Assembly (NCBI GenBank): GCA_030637025.1 | Contig: DAOVVV010000024.1 | Coordinates: forward strand, 1-39,878 | DNA: 39,878 bases | DNA from: Clostridia bacterium | GTDB lineage: Bacteria > CBDUZB01 > JAGLHV01 | Direction of reading: 5' to 3' | Shown here: piece by piece, positions 39,702 to 39,878 of the stretch | Layout of the letters: each line of letters opens with the position of its first letter | Position numbering within the stretch: the stretch's first letter is position 1 | Notes under the pieces: generated by a model | What the model was told of the DNA's origin: nothing | What the model saw: the letters and a program-made list of their open reading frames with translations, nothing else | Databases searched by the model: none | Translations under genes and position numbers: made by a program

Positions 39702-39733
39702 ACTCCATCCTTGTTTCCTACTGGAGCAAACCA

Positions 39734-39877
39734 TTACTTTTCAGCAACAACCAACATCTCAAAATCTTCTGTTGTAAGTTTATCATTTCTTGAGAAGGCT
39801 CCGAGTTTTGCTCCATAAATATCAATCTTTTTAAATTCGAGTGATTTTAATAGCCATGTAATTTCAGAAGGAACATA
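39734..39877 (-). CDS. 3' end of a gene entering from the window edge, probably a SAM-dependent methyltransferase
   Basis: Open frame YVPSEITWLLKSLEFKKIDIYGAKLGAFSRNDKLTTEDFEMLVVAEK*, resembling a class I methyltransferase C-terminus. Confidence 0.7.
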   Translation of the reverse strand, partial: YVPSEITWLLKSLEFKKIDIYGAKLGAFSRNDKLTTEDFEMLVVAEK

Positions 39878-39878
39878 A

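Noticed and set aside
19372-39878. Classical integron or CALIN
   Set aside because: No intI and no convincing RYYYAAC...GTTRRRY attC hairpins; candidates at about 28277-28330 and 33781-33824 are too short or non-canonical
1-39878. CRISPR array, prophage or IS transposase
   Set aside because: No regularly spaced repeats and no cas, phage structural or transposase ORFs seen

Overview
AT-rich bacterial chromosome segment in which essentially every gene lies on the minus strand. The gene set (LolE/LolD, an outer-membrane porin, McsA-McsB-ClpC) indicates a diderm, and the ClpC sequence and gene order look Elusimicrobiota-like (inference). The left half (1-19.3 kb) is core genome: a dcw cluster (mraZ-rsmH-ftsL-ftsI-murE-murF-mraY) followed by mscS instead of murD, an unusually long RNase P RNA (~509 nt), a C4 zinc-ribbon gene, tRNA-Val(CAC), tRNA-Ile2(CAT) and a lysS-lolE-lolD-mcsA-mcsB-clpC operon. 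The right half (19.4-39.9 kb) is a co-oriented mosaic of about 25 unrelated, mostly small accessory genes: methyltransferases, hydrolases, an orphan histidine kinase, a porin, an L,D-transpeptidase, Cys-rich proteins, a DUF4405-like gene plus two radical-SAM genes, and an inverted pbpC remnant. The most notable signal is a family of ~30-bp direct-repeat sites with 11-8-11 tyrosine-recombinase (dif/cer-like) architecture at gene junctions of the accessory array. This suggests a non-integron gene-cassette system, but no recombinase gene is in the window. All family assignments come from motif recognition, not database searches.
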